Below, one piece after another: positions 8,990 to 18,668 of a stretch of DNA of 64,000 nucleotides. Under the pieces are notes generated by a model. It was given only the letters and a program-made list of their open reading frames with translations. It ran no database searches and had not been told where the DNA came from. Location of the stretch: NCBI GenBank assembly GCA_050944155.1, contig JBMNQN010000005.1:26398-90397 (forward strand), read 5' to 3'. Each line of letters opens with the position of its first letter. Position 1 is the stretch's first letter. This DNA is from Candidatus Methanomethylophilaceae archaeon (GTDB taxonomy: Archaea > Thermoplasmatota > Thermoplasmata > Methanomassiliicoccales > Methanomethylophilaceae). Made by a program: the position numbers and the translations under genes.

Positions 8990-9756
8990 GACTGTTTCCC
9001 GGATGTACGGTAAATTCCAGACTTCCCTTTGTGGAGTCCGCGGTACGGTATACGGCAAACGTTCTGGGCGAAGAAATCCCCCCGTCCGGATGCAACATAT
9101 GCTGTTTCGAACCTTCGGGACTGAAATCCATGAACCCCGAAATGTGGCTGGACGTAGGCAGTCTGATACATTCAGAATACGCCGGCGAAAAACTCGTTAC
9201 ATTATGCGAAGGGTGCAACCTTTCCCTCACTTCTTCCGGAGAGATACTTTCGACAGAGGAAGGGCGGGACGCTGCGTCAGCGAGACTGAAAATCGTGAAT
9301 GCGGAATACGGGGTGGCGGAAGTAAACGGTCTGCTGGAATTTCTTTATGAAAACAAAGACAAAATCAGAAGTCTGGCACATCCATATTCATACGGCACTG
9401 CGGCGGTATTTCCCGGATGCCACGGCGAATATGCCTACGGCAGAAGGGGACGCAAGGCCGGGGAAATGATGTCCGAAATTCTCGAGTCGATAGGGTGCGA
9501 CAGCGTCGAACCGAAGAAACCCATGTGCTGCGGAGGAGGGCTGCAGGGTGTGGACGATAAAATCGCCTCGGAAATACTGGAAGAAACCGTCGGAGAGTTC
9601 CGCAGGACCGCGGACTTCGCGGTTGTTTCGTGCGTATTCTGCTTTCGCAGACTGGATATTTCCGCGAAATATCCCGTGATGCACATCTCGGAAATCGTCG
9701 CCCGTTCCCTGGGTTGGGACGAAGACATGTCCCCCTACCGCAGAACCCCGCTTTAA
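8986..9756 (+). CDS. HdrB-like CCG-domain protein (divergent)
   Basis: GTG start overlapping the upstream stop; LFPGC...CCF...LCEGC and FPGCH...CCGGG...SCVFC. Confidence 0.85.
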   Translation: MRLFPGCTVNSRLPFVESAVRYTANVLGEEIPPSGCNICCFEPSGLKSMNPEMWLDVGSLIHSEYAGEKLVTLCEGCNLSLTSSGEILSTEEGRDAASARLKIVNAEYGVAEVNGLLEFLYENKDKIRSLAHPYSYGTAAVFPGCHGEYAYGRRGRKAGEMMSEILESIGCDSVEPKKPMCCGGGLQGVDDKIASEILEETVGEFRRTADFAVVSCVFCFRRLDISAKYPVMHISEIVARSLGWDEDMSPYRRTPL

Positions 9757-10562
9757 TCCAAATCCATGGAAAACTGCACGGCTCTGACGGAATGTGTAAG
9801 GGAACCCATCGAAATCAGATCGGCGCATCCGTATTCGGCAACGTTGTCCAAGGTTATGTTTCCGGAAGCTTCTACGAGAATGCGGGGATTGATTTTTCTG
9901 ACCGCGTCCCTGAGTGCGGGTATGTCTTCCGGCGGCATGTTGTCCGCCATGATTATGTCCGCGCCCATCTCCGCCGCGGTGACGGCGTCTTCCGCGGAGC
10001 CGACTTCAACCTCGATCTTGAACTGAAACGGAGCCTTCGAAACCTTTTCCATTGCCCCGCGGACGGAACCGCAGGTTTTGATGTGATTGTCTTTTATGAG
10101 AATCATGTCGTCCAAACAGAACCTGTGGCACTCTCCGCCTCCGAGGGCTACGGCCTTCTTTTCGTATTTGCGGAAGCCGGGCGTGGTTTTCCTGGTTCCG
10201 CAGACCTTCGCTTCGGATCCTGCGGATTTCAGAATCTCGTTCGCTTCGGATACCGCCGTTGCGATGCCGCTCATTCTCATAAGGAAGTTCAGCGCCGTGC
10301 GTTCCGAAGTTATCAGCCCGCGGGCGGGTCCGCTTACGGACATTATTCTCGTTCCGGCTTTCACGTGGTCGCCGTCCTTCGCGAAAGAAGAGACGTCGGC
10401 TCCGGCGATGGAAAATATTTCGGCGGCTTCTTCGACACCCGCAAGCACGGCGTCCTCTTCGCATACTATCGACGCCCTTCCGTTCACGTCGGGAACGGTG
10501 AGCTCGGCGGTTATGTCTCCCCTTCCGATGTCTTCTTTAAGAAAACGAATCAAATCGTTCAT
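9753..10562 (-). CDS. nadC: Quinolinate phosphoribosyltransferase
   Basis: EDIGRGDIT, ERTALN, TRKTTPG, HR..LDDMILIKDNH, EVEV, EASG. Confidence 0.95.
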   Translation of the reverse strand: MNDLIRFLKEDIGRGDITAELTVPDVNGRASIVCEEDAVLAGVEEAAEIFSIAGADVSSFAKDGDHVKAGTRIMSVSGPARGLITSERTALNFLMRMSGIATAVSEANEILKSAGSEAKVCGTRKTTPGFRKYEKKAVALGGGECHRFCLDDMILIKDNHIKTCGSVRGAMEKVSKAPFQFKIEVEVGSAEDAVTAAEMGADIIMADNMPPEDIPALRDAVRKINPRILVEASGNITLDNVAEYGCADLISMGSLTHSVRAVQFSMDLD

Positions 10563-10563
10563 G

Positions 10564-11799
10564 TTAGACCTCTAATTCGAACACTTCGTCGGGGGACGGG
10601 AGTATAACGTTGTAATCCTGCAGGTCGGGCAGGAAAAGATCCCTGGTTTCCGAGTGCATAATCACTACGTTTTCCGGGTCGCACCGTTTTACGAAGTCCA
10701 CTATCTCGCTGTGATCAGCGTGGGCGGAGAAATCGTATCTCTGGATTTCGCATTCTATTTTGTACGCTTCTCCGTCAATTACCATGCTGCGCTGTTCCAG
10801 CAGCATCCTTCCGTTTGTGTCTTCGGCCTGGAATCCCACGAGAAGTATGGCGCTGTTGGGATCGTTTTTCACTCTGTCGATGTATCCCAGAACTGGCCCT
10901 CCGTCCAGCATTCCGCCGGTCGTGACGATTATCTGACCCTTTGCCGCCTGGGCTCTCATGCGGGTGTTTTTGACGGTGTTGAAGTTTCTTTTCGCGGATT
11001 TGAGTCTCTTGACGTCGCGCAGGTATTCGGGATAGTCCAGGAACATGCGCGTCACCGTTCTGCCCATTCCGTCAACCCACATCTCGTAACCCAGATCTTT
11101 GAGGAGAAGCATTATTTCCTGCGTTCTTCCCACTGCGAAACACGGAATGATGCACGTGCCTCCCCTTTCCACGACCTGCCTCACCTTGTCGAGGAACTGA
11201 AGTTCGGTCGTTTTGCGGTCGGGGTGGTTTCTTCCTCCGTAAGTGCCTTCGATGAACAGATTTTCGCATTTTATGGGTTCGGCGCCGGAAACCAGGCGCT
11301 GGTCCGCCGTGTGCAGATCCCCGGTATAGAGGGTGGTCGTATCTCCTTCGAAAAGGAACATAGTAGCGCCTGGAATGTGTCCCGCACTGTAGAGCGTAAT
11401 GTCCGCGCCTCCGATTTCGATTGTGTCTCCGAAAGTCAGCGGTACGACGCTTCTCATGGTACGGTCGATATCCGCCGACGTGTAAGGCAGGGGGTAATTT
11501 TCGGCTCTGGCTATCTTAAGCGAATCGTTCATCATCAGCTCGGAAACTTCCGCCGTGAGAGGGGTGGCAAAAAGTTCGGCATGCTGTCTTCCGCATACGG
11601 AAGGTACCATTCCGCAGTGATCCAGGTGACTGTGGGTAAGGAACACGTGATCGACCCGCGGGGCGGGAAGGGGGTACTCGGGAGGTTTGGTCGGTCCCAT
11701 TCCGTATTCGACGAGAACGGTTTTGCGCGGTCCCTCCATTACCATACCCATGCGGCCCACTGTGTCGGCACCGCCTAAAAATCGGTATTTTGTTTTCAT
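10564..11799 (-). CDS. Metallo-beta-lactamase / beta-CASP ribonuclease (short aCPSF type, no KH domains)
   Basis: THSHLDH, AGHIPG, YTGD, EGTYG, FAVGRTQE, FSAH. Confidence 0.9.
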   Translation of the reverse strand: MKTKYRFLGGADTVGRMGMVMEGPRKTVLVEYGMGPTKPPEYPLPAPRVDHVFLTHSHLDHCGMVPSVCGRQHAELFATPLTAEVSELMMNDSLKIARAENYPLPYTSADIDRTMRSVVPLTFGDTIEIGGADITLYSAGHIPGATMFLFEGDTTTLYTGDLHTADQRLVSGAEPIKCENLFIEGTYGGRNHPDRKTTELQFLDKVRQVVERGGTCIIPCFAVGRTQEIMLLLKDLGYEMWVDGMGRTVTRMFLDYPEYLRDVKRLKSAKRNFNTVKNTRMRAQAAKGQIIVTTGGMLDGGPVLGYIDRVKNDPNSAILLVGFQAEDTNGRMLLEQRSMVIDGEAYKIECEIQRYDFSAHADHSEIVDFVKRCDPENVVIMHSETRDLFLPDLQDYNVILPSPDEVFELEV

Positions 11800-11830
11800 G
11801 TTATCTTTTCCTTGTGTTGCCGTAGGCTGT

Positions 11831-11886
11831 AAAAAGAGGGACCCAACGGTCTCCCTTTGACTGTGAACAGAGACCGCAGGGGCCTC
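11831..11886 (-). promoter_or_regulatory. Hairpin followed by a U5 tract in the 5' leader of the beta-CASP gene (candidate attenuator or small RNA)
   Basis: CGGTCTC (11847-53) pairs with GAGACCG (11870-76) and GAGG (11836-39) with CCTC (11883-86); TTTTT follows on the minus strand; TATA-like ATAAATATA at about 11907-11915. Confidence 0.45.
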
Positions 11887-11997
11887 GATTGGCTATCCCG
11901 TCACGGTATATTTATCTTATCAGCGGCGCCGTCCGTCCGAGGGACCGTTTTTTCAATGTGCCACAAATTTAATTACTATCACCGCGTAACAAGTTTT

Positions 11998-13083
11998 ATG
12001 GGATACACTCGCACGAAGGCGGGATACTTCGGAGTCTTCGGAATACTCGCCGCAATAGTTTACGTTGCCGTGTTTTACACGGCTTCGGGATCGGTAAGCA
12101 ACTGGACATTCGGATCGAGTGATACGTCCGTTTTCATGGAGATTGAAAGTTACAGGTACGGTCTGATGGCCGCGGGAACGCTCGGGGCTCTTTTCGGCCT
12201 GGGATTCATAGCCCGCAGAGACAACGCGGCGCAGATAATCGGCGGAATAACCGCAGTTTTCGCGGGACTGACGCTCGTTATCGTAGGGTATCAGGCACCG
12301 TCCGTAAAAGATAATTTCATTCTGATATTTTCGGCGCTTCTGATTCTCACCGCGCTTCTCGACGCAGTCTCGGAAGCGCTGAACGGACAGTACATTTCGC
12401 TTGTAATTTCTCTGGTACTGGCAATTATTATGGCCGCGATGTATTACTTCAATACGATGTACGGCGCGGCATTCATAATCACCGCGCTGATTTGGCTACT
12501 GTTTTCGTCGCTGATTATGATCGTATACAATTCCGACCCGGATTCGGTTCCGTCGGGACGCAGAAAGAAAGATAATGCCATGACTCCGGAAGAGGCCCGT
12601 AAAGCCGAACTCAAAGCCAGAAGGGAAAAAAGGGCAGAGGCGAGGGCCGTTCAGCAGAAGTCCGCCGAGAAAAATTCGGAAAAAGAGTCCGGGAAAACAG
12701 AGGCCGTTCCGCGGGAACGGAGTTTCGAAGAAAACACCGAAAACGAATCCGAGGAAACTTACGATGTCGGCGAAGATATCTACACCGACACGTCCCCGGA
12801 AGCTCTCGTGAGAAGAGCGACGTGGAACAAGGGACTCAGATGCAGAAGGGACCACGGAAAATACGGCATTCCCGTAGCGTTCGTGGGAGCCAAGGTCGCC
12901 GTCTACGTCGTGCCCCGGGATACGGAGATCCCGGCAGAAGAAAAACTGAAATCCGAAGGATGGACGGTTTTCGTGTTCGACGAAGAAGAAGTGACGGACG
13001 GCGAGGCACAGGCGGAAATTGTCTTCGAAAAGGTCAAAGAAAAGGAGAAATCCAAAAAATCCAAGAAAAAATCCAAGAAATGA
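11998..13083 (+). CDS. Multi-pass membrane protein with a charged linker and a C-terminal degenerate Vsr/DUF559-like domain
   Basis: About 6 hydrophobic helices, an E/K/R-rich linker, then SPEALVRRATWNKGLRCR...VAFVGAKVAVYV...LKSEGWTVFVF and a Lys-rich tail. Confidence 0.75.
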   Translation: MGYTRTKAGYFGVFGILAAIVYVAVFYTASGSVSNWTFGSSDTSVFMEIESYRYGLMAAGTLGALFGLGFIARRDNAAQIIGGITAVFAGLTLVIVGYQAPSVKDNFILIFSALLILTALLDAVSEALNGQYISLVISLVLAIIMAAMYYFNTMYGAAFIITALIWLLFSSLIMIVYNSDPDSVPSGRRKKDNAMTPEEARKAELKARREKRAEARAVQQKSAEKNSEKESGKTEAVPRERSFEENTENESEETYDVGEDIYTDTSPEALVRRATWNKGLRCRRDHGKYGIPVAFVGAKVAVYVVPRDTEIPAEEKLKSEGWTVFVFDEEEVTDGEAQAEIVFEKVKEKEKSKKSKKKSKK

Positions 13084-13157
13084 GCCAGCACCAGCCCCCG
13101 TTCTGACAGAAACGGCAGAAAGTTATTAAGTCAACATGCGTCTATGACGGAAAGGGG

Positions 13158-13946
13158 ATGCACATGACCGGCAGGTTTGCAGTATTTGCGGAAAAATTGG
13201 ACGGTACCGGCTCGGCCGGCAGACCGTACGATTCATGCAGGGCAGTATTTGCCGGCTTCATCCTCGCCTCCGTTCTCTGGTGGATTCCCGTACTGGGTCC
13301 GGCCGTGGCGGGATACTATTCCGGGCGCAAATCCGGTTCCTTTTTCAAAGGCGCGCTGTCTTCCGCGTTCGCCGGCGGTGTTCTTATCGGCCTGGTAATG
13401 CTGATTTCGCATTTTCTGCTGATTCCGGCGGGATTTCCTTCGGTATCCGCGGATGCGGCCGCCGGAACTCTTACTGGATTCGGCGCTTACGCGGGCACGT
13501 ATCTTACGTATTTCTACGCCGAAGGTTCGTCCGAAATATATCTTACGGCTTACGGCGTGATGGTGGCTTTCGGCTGTATCGGCGGTATGCTTTCGATGCA
13601 GGTCCGCCGCGAAACCGCAGCGCTTCTGGCAACCGGAGCAGTGGAAGGAGCCATCAGACCCCTTTCTAGGTCCGCCGCTCTGTACGAAAAGGGCAAGACT
13701 CTCGGTTTCGAATCCTACAACGACTGTATCACGTCTTCGGAAGTATCGGTCAACGCGATGGAAGAAGAGGTTTCCGCCCCCGAACCGTTCCTTAAAAAGA
13801 GACCGGCGGCTTCGGCGGTTCAGACCGTAACGACCACCGTGGGGGAAAATCCGTCGGTAACCGTCTCCTCCTCTTCCGAGAAGAGCCAGAGCCCCTTCGC
13901 CGATATTCTGAGACGTACGGAAGTCCGCGACGACGACAAAGAATAA
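13158..13946 (+). CDS. Membrane protein (DUF5518-like N-terminus) with a Ser/Thr-rich cytoplasmic tail
   Basis: IPVLGPAVAGYYSG Gly-rich TM pattern; 3-4 TM helices. Confidence 0.65.
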   Translation: MHMTGRFAVFAEKLDGTGSAGRPYDSCRAVFAGFILASVLWWIPVLGPAVAGYYSGRKSGSFFKGALSSAFAGGVLIGLVMLISHFLLIPAGFPSVSADAAAGTLTGFGAYAGTYLTYFYAEGSSEIYLTAYGVMVAFGCIGGMLSMQVRRETAALLATGAVEGAIRPLSRSAALYEKGKTLGFESYNDCITSSEVSVNAMEEEVSAPEPFLKKRPAASAVQTVTTTVGENPSVTVSSSSEKSQSPFADILRRTEVRDDDKE

Positions 13947-14032
13947 GGATTACCCGTCTGTTTTATTCCAGTTCGGGCGCGCATCGGAACAAATTTTTAT
14001 ACAGATACCCATTGAGGGACAGTGGTGAAAGA

Positions 14033-14332
14033 TTGTTCTGTTCTGTATGCGGTTCATTGATGTTCCCGAAGGAAGGGAAGCATGTCTGCTGTTCATGCGG
14101 CAACGAGGTCGAAATCGAGGGGTCGCACATTATCGTTACCGGCTCCGTCGACAAGGAAATAACGGTTATCGGGGACGAAGATAAAGCAACACTCCCCAAA
14201 ACCCGTATCGAGTGTCCCGAGTGCGGACACACCGAGGCATATTTCGTGATAAGGCAAACCCGTGCGGCGGATGAACCCGAAACCAGAATATATCGTTGCT
14301 GCAAGTGCAATCACTCTTGGAGAGAGTATTGA
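14033..14332 (+). CDS. tfs: Transcription factor S (RpoM/TFS)
   Basis: Two Zn ribbons (FCSVCGSLM; CPECG...QTRAADEPET...CCKC); TTG start after GGTGA. Confidence 0.92.
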   Translation: MFCSVCGSLMFPKEGKHVCCSCGNEVEIEGSHIIVTGSVDKEITVIGDEDKATLPKTRIECPECGHTEAYFVIRQTRAADEPETRIYRCCKCNHSWREY

Positions 14333-14346
14333 AAATTGGTGATGCA

Positions 14347-15084
14347 ATGTTCAAAGCAGAGATAAAGTCGGACGTACTGAAAGGGTTGGTAAACATCATA
14401 TCCACACTCGTGGACGAAGTGAAATTCAGCGTAGATCCCGAGGGCCTGAGCCTTAAGGCCGTAGACTCTGCGCACGTGGCTATGATGGAGCTCCGCGTAG
14501 GTTCCGGCGCCTTCGAATCCTATTCCGCGGACGAAACCGAAATCGGACTCGACCTGGACAAGGTGAAAAGCGTGCTCAAACTCGCGTCTTCCGGCGATAT
14601 CATAACCATGGAACAGGACAACGATCACGGAAGACTGATTTTCAAAGTCGGCAATATCACCCGTCGCATGCACCTGGTGGACACTTCCGGAATGAGCGAC
14701 CCGAAAGTTCCGCAGCTGTCTCTCTCCGCAAAAATCAGAATCAAAGTGGACGAACTCCAACAGGGAATCCGTGCATCCGAGTCGATATCCGACCACATAA
14801 CGCTTACGGCAGGTCCGGAGGGATTCGAACTGTCCTGCGAAGGCGACACGGACTCGGCGAGTCTTTTCGTCCAGAAAGACAAATTGGAGAGTCTGGAAAC
14901 CGACGGAGTCTACCGCAGCATGTTCCCTCTGGATTATTTCGCGAATCTGGTCAAAGCCATACCCGCGGGAACCGACGTGGATATCGAGTTGGACAAAGAC
15001 TATCCGATAAACATGAAATTCGACATGGCCGACGGCAACGGTCACGTAGACTACCTGCTCGCCCCCAGGATAGAGAGCGACTGA
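14347..15084 (+). CDS. pcn: DNA polymerase sliding clamp PCNA
   Basis: AVDSAHVAM and C-terminal YLLAPRIE. Confidence 0.96.
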   Translation: MFKAEIKSDVLKGLVNIISTLVDEVKFSVDPEGLSLKAVDSAHVAMMELRVGSGAFESYSADETEIGLDLDKVKSVLKLASSGDIITMEQDNDHGRLIFKVGNITRRMHLVDTSGMSDPKVPQLSLSAKIRIKVDELQQGIRASESISDHITLTAGPEGFELSCEGDTDSASLFVQKDKLESLETDGVYRSMFPLDYFANLVKAIPAGTDVDIELDKDYPINMKFDMADGNGHVDYLLAPRIESD

Positions 15085-15097
15085 TGCAGGTGTTCGG

Positions 15098-15934
15098 GTG
15101 ACCCGCAGCGAGAACGAACTGAAAAAAATCGCCGACAAACTCAGACTCGACGTAATCGAGATGACGTCCGCAGCCGGTTCGGGGCATCCCGGAGGCTCTC
15201 TTTCTTCCGCGGAACTCATGGCCGTCCTCTACTTCAGGGTCATGAAGCACCGCCCCTCCGATCCTGAATGGGACGGAAGGGACAGATTCGTACTTTCGAA
15301 AGGTCACGTGGCCCCGATTCTTTACGCCGCTCTCGCCGAATCCGGATATTTCCCGAGAGAGGAGCTTCTTACGCTCAGAAAACTCGGAAGCAGACTGCAG
15401 GGCCATCCGGTCCGCGGCAAACTTCCCGGAATCGAAATGTCCACGGGATCGCTGGGTCAGGGACTCAGTATGAGCTGCGGGCTTGCTCTGGCGGCAAAAA
15501 TGGACGGCAAAAAACACAAAGTGTACTGCCTTCTGGGCGACGGAGAACTGCAGAGCGGAATGAACTGGGAGGCAGCGATGTTCGCTTCCCAATACAAACT
15601 CGGAAATCTTATCGCGTTCGTGGACCGCAACCGTCTGCAGATAACCGGTACCACGGACGAAGTGATGAGCATAGAACCTCTTGCACGCAAATTCGAATCC
15701 TTCGGATGGAAAACCATTATGATAGACGGCCACAGCATTCCGGCAATCATCAAAGCGTGCGGAATAGCCAGAAGATCGCGCACGGTTCCCACGGTAATCA
15801 TAATGAACACCGTGAAAGGGAAAGGCGTTTCGTTCATGGAGAACAACGCGGGATTCCACGGAAGGAGCTGCAATCCCGAAGAGTTCTGCTGTGCGGAAAA
15901 CGAAATCAAAGAACGGATGGAGATGAAATGCTGA
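15098..15934 (+). CDS. Transketolase, N-terminal (TPP-binding) subunit
   Basis: SGHPGGSLS, DRFVLSKGH, TGSLGQG, GDGE, KGKG. Confidence 0.95.
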   Translation: MTRSENELKKIADKLRLDVIEMTSAAGSGHPGGSLSSAELMAVLYFRVMKHRPSDPEWDGRDRFVLSKGHVAPILYAALAESGYFPREELLTLRKLGSRLQGHPVRGKLPGIEMSTGSLGQGLSMSCGLALAAKMDGKKHKVYCLLGDGELQSGMNWEAAMFASQYKLGNLIAFVDRNRLQITGTTDEVMSIEPLARKFESFGWKTIMIDGHSIPAIIKACGIARRSRTVPTVIIMNTVKGKGVSFMENNAGFHGRSCNPEEFCCAENEIKERMEMKC

Positions 15935-16869
15935 ACCGGAAAATCGCACAGAGGGATTATTACGGTAAAGCCCTCAGACAGCTGGCGTCCCGCGACGACA
16001 TCGTGGTATTGGACGCGGACCTCGCCGGTTCCACGAAAACTTCGGAATTCAGAAAAGTAAGGCCGGAGCATTTCATAGAGGTGGGAATCGCCGAGCAGAA
16101 CATGATAGGCGTTGCTTCGGGTCTCGCGGCCGCGGGGAAAACGGTTTTCGCATCCACGTTCGGTGTTTTCGCCACGGGGAGATGCTGGGAGCAGGTACGT
16201 CTGGGAGTGGCGTACCCCGCGCTTGACGTAAAGATCGTTGCAACCCATTGCGGCATAAGTGTCGGAGAAGACGGAGCTTCCCACCAGGCTCTCGAAGACA
16301 TGGCCATCATGCGCGCACTTCCGAATATGACGGTAATTTCTCCCGCAGACGCCTTCGAAACCTATGCGGCAACTATGGCCGCTGCGGACCACCGCGGGCC
16401 GGTCTACATGAGACTCGGACGTTCGGCCGTACCCGTAGTAACGGAAGAAGGCGCAGAATTCGAGATAGGAAAATCAGCCGTTATGAGGGACGGTTCTGAT
16501 GTGACTCTGTTTGCGACCGGTCAGATGACCGCGGGAAGCCTAGATGCGGCCGAAATGCTCGCGGAAGAAGGAATATCCGCCGAAGTCGTAAACGTACCGA
16601 CAATCAAACCTTTGGATTCCTACACGGTTCTTAAATCCGTAAGAAAAACCGGATGCGCCGTAACTTCCGAAGAACACAGCATAATCGGAGGGCTCGGTTC
16701 CGCGGTCTCCGAGACTCTTTCGGAAGAGTATCCCTGCCCCGTCGCAAGGGTCGGAACCAGAGATACCTTCGGGGAATCGGGAAGCCCCGACGAACTGTTC
16801 GAAAAGTACGGTCTCACCGCGAAAAACATAGCGGATGCCGCACGCGCCGTATTGAAGAGAAAGAGATGA
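15928..16869 (+). CDS. Transketolase, C-terminal subunit
   Basis: [33 protein letters not shown]; ATG at 15928. Confidence 0.95.
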   Translation: MLNRKIAQRDYYGKALRQLASRDDIVVLDADLAGSTKTSEFRKVRPEHFIEVGIAEQNMIGVASGLAAAGKTVFASTFGVFATGRCWEQVRLGVAYPALDVKIVATHCGISVGEDGASHQALEDMAIMRALPNMTVISPADAFETYAATMAAADHRGPVYMRLGRSAVPVVTEEGAEFEIGKSAVMRDGSDVTLFATGQMTAGSLDAAEMLAEEGISAEVVNVPTIKPLDSYTVLKSVRKTGCAVTSEEHSIIGGLGSAVSETLSEEYPCPVARVGTRDTFGESGSPDELFEKYGLTAKNIADAARAVLKRKR

Positions 16870-16873
16870 TAAA

Positions 16874-17521
16874 ATGAAGATATTCATAGACACAGCAAAC
16901 CTCGACATGATCAGGGAAATCAACAGCTGGGGAATACTGGACGGTGTAACTACCAATCCCAGTCTGATAGCGAAAGAAGGCACCGACGTAAGAACCAGAG
17001 TAAAAGAAATCGCGAAGATAGTGGACGGTCCGATTTCCGCCGAGGCAATGTCTCCCAAGTGGGAGGATATGGTAAAGGAAGGCCGCGAACTTTCGAAAAT
17101 CCACGAAAACATCAACGTCAAACTTCCCATGTGTGTGGATTCCCTGAAGGCGACCAAGGTTCTTTCTTCCGAAGGAATCGACGTAAACATGACTCTGATA
17201 TTTTCTCCGCAGCAGGCCCTTCTCGCCGCGAAAGCCGGTGCGAGATATGTTTCTCCGTTCGTCGGACGCCTGGACGACATAGGAATGTACGGAACAGATC
17301 TGCTAGGTCAGATATGCGGCGTTTTCGGCAATTACGATTACGACACGGAAGTAATAGCGGCAAGCATCAGAAGCCCCACCCATGTGTTGGATGCGGCTTT
17401 GGCGGGATGCGACATCGCCACGATTCCCTACGACATTCTTCTGAAGATGGTCGCACATCCCAAGACGGACGAGGGCATCGCAAAATTCGTTTCGGATTAC
17501 GAGAAATCCAAGAAGAAATGA
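16874..17521 (+). CDS. tal: Transaldolase / fructose-6-phosphate aldolase family protein
   Basis: [35 protein letters not shown]. Confidence 0.93.
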   Translation: MKIFIDTANLDMIREINSWGILDGVTTNPSLIAKEGTDVRTRVKEIAKIVDGPISAEAMSPKWEDMVKEGRELSKIHENINVKLPMCVDSLKATKVLSSEGIDVNMTLIFSPQQALLAAKAGARYVSPFVGRLDDIGMYGTDLLGQICGVFGNYDYDTEVIAASIRSPTHVLDAALAGCDIATIPYDILLKMVAHPKTDEGIAKFVSDYEKSKKK

Positions 17522-18663
17522 ACATGCGCGATACGGTCGTAATAGGGGGCGGCCCCGCCGGCAGCATGGCGGCCCGACTGCTCGCCCCGGACCGCGACGT
17601 GCTGGTAATCGAAGAACATTCCTGTTCGGGAGAACCGGTTCAGTGTGCCGGGCTTCTCACCGACGAGGTTCTTTCCCTTTCCGGGGTACGTACCGAGGTT
17701 CTCAACAGGATTTACGGTGCCAACGTATTTTTTCCCGGAGGGGGAGCAATAACCGTAAGATCGAAGAAACCCAAAGTCAACGTCATAGACAGGGCGGAGC
17801 TCGACAGACTCATGGCGGAAAAGGCTATGGATGCGGGCGCCGAATACCGTTACGGCGAGCGATATCTAAGCCACACGGTATCGAACAGAATATCCGTGAA
17901 AACGGATTCCGGAACGGAAGACTGTTCTCTCCTGATCGGCGCGGACGGTCATTCTTCCAGAACCGCAATGACTCTCGGCGACAACAGACCCAGAGAGTAT
18001 ATACGCGGGTATCAGATGGACGTCAGGAAGACTTCCGGCGAGGAAGACATGATAAACATAAGGCTGGGTTCGGAAACGGCCCCCGGGTTCTTCTCCTGGG
18101 AAGTCCCCTTTGAAGACTGCATCAGAGTGGGACTTTGCACTTCATGGTCCGCGGGCCCTCCCTGGAACTATATGAAAAAGCTGCTGGCGGAAACAGGATT
18201 GGACAAAGCGCCGGCTGTGAAAAAATACTGCGGAAAAATTCCGTTGGGCGGAAGACCCAGATCATACGGCGATCGCCTTATGCTTATAGGAGACGCGGCA
18301 GGACAGGTCAAACCCGTTTCGGCGGGAGGACTCCATCCCGCATTCAAATCGGCTCCGTTTCTCAAGAAAACCGCGGACGAAGCCTTCGCTTCCGATGATT
18401 TTTCGGCAAAAGTTCTTTCGCGGTACGAAAAAGGCTGGAAAAAGGAAACGGGAAAAGAACTCCGCAGAGGATATGCGCTTAGGAAAGCCTTCAAAAAAAT
18501 GAGCGATTCTGATTTGGACAAAGCTTACGGATTGGCGACCAGTGATTCGGTGCTCAATGCTCTGAACGACATAGATTTCGACAGACCCAGCAGCGTAATC
18601 GAGAATGTTCCGAAGAGAGATCTGATAAGGTTCCTTCCCTTTGCGCTGAAGGTGATTTTCTGA
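17518..18663 (+). CDS. Geranylgeranyl reductase family flavoprotein
   Basis: [35 protein letters not shown]. Confidence 0.88.
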   Translation: MNMRDTVVIGGGPAGSMAARLLAPDRDVLVIEEHSCSGEPVQCAGLLTDEVLSLSGVRTEVLNRIYGANVFFPGGGAITVRSKKPKVNVIDRAELDRLMAEKAMDAGAEYRYGERYLSHTVSNRISVKTDSGTEDCSLLIGADGHSSRTAMTLGDNRPREYIRGYQMDVRKTSGEEDMINIRLGSETAPGFFSWEVPFEDCIRVGLCTSWSAGPPWNYMKKLLAETGLDKAPAVKKYCGKIPLGGRPRSYGDRLMLIGDAAGQVKPVSAGGLHPAFKSAPFLKKTADEAFASDDFSAKVLSRYEKGWKKETGKELRRGYALRKAFKKMSDSDLDKAYGLATSDSVLNALNDIDFDRPSSVIENVPKRDLIRFLPFALKVIF

Positions 18664-18668
18664 AAACC

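Noticed and set aside
11836-11886. H/ACA guide RNA reading of the hairpin (K-loop-like UGA...UGA on the plus strand)
   Set aside because: No ACA box follows the stem on the plus strand, and the minus strand has ACA but no K-turn motif. Kept only as a generic leader or sRNA candidate.
15098-16869. Transketolase in two ORFs
   Set aside because: Two-subunit transketolases are normal in archaea and many anaerobic bacteria.
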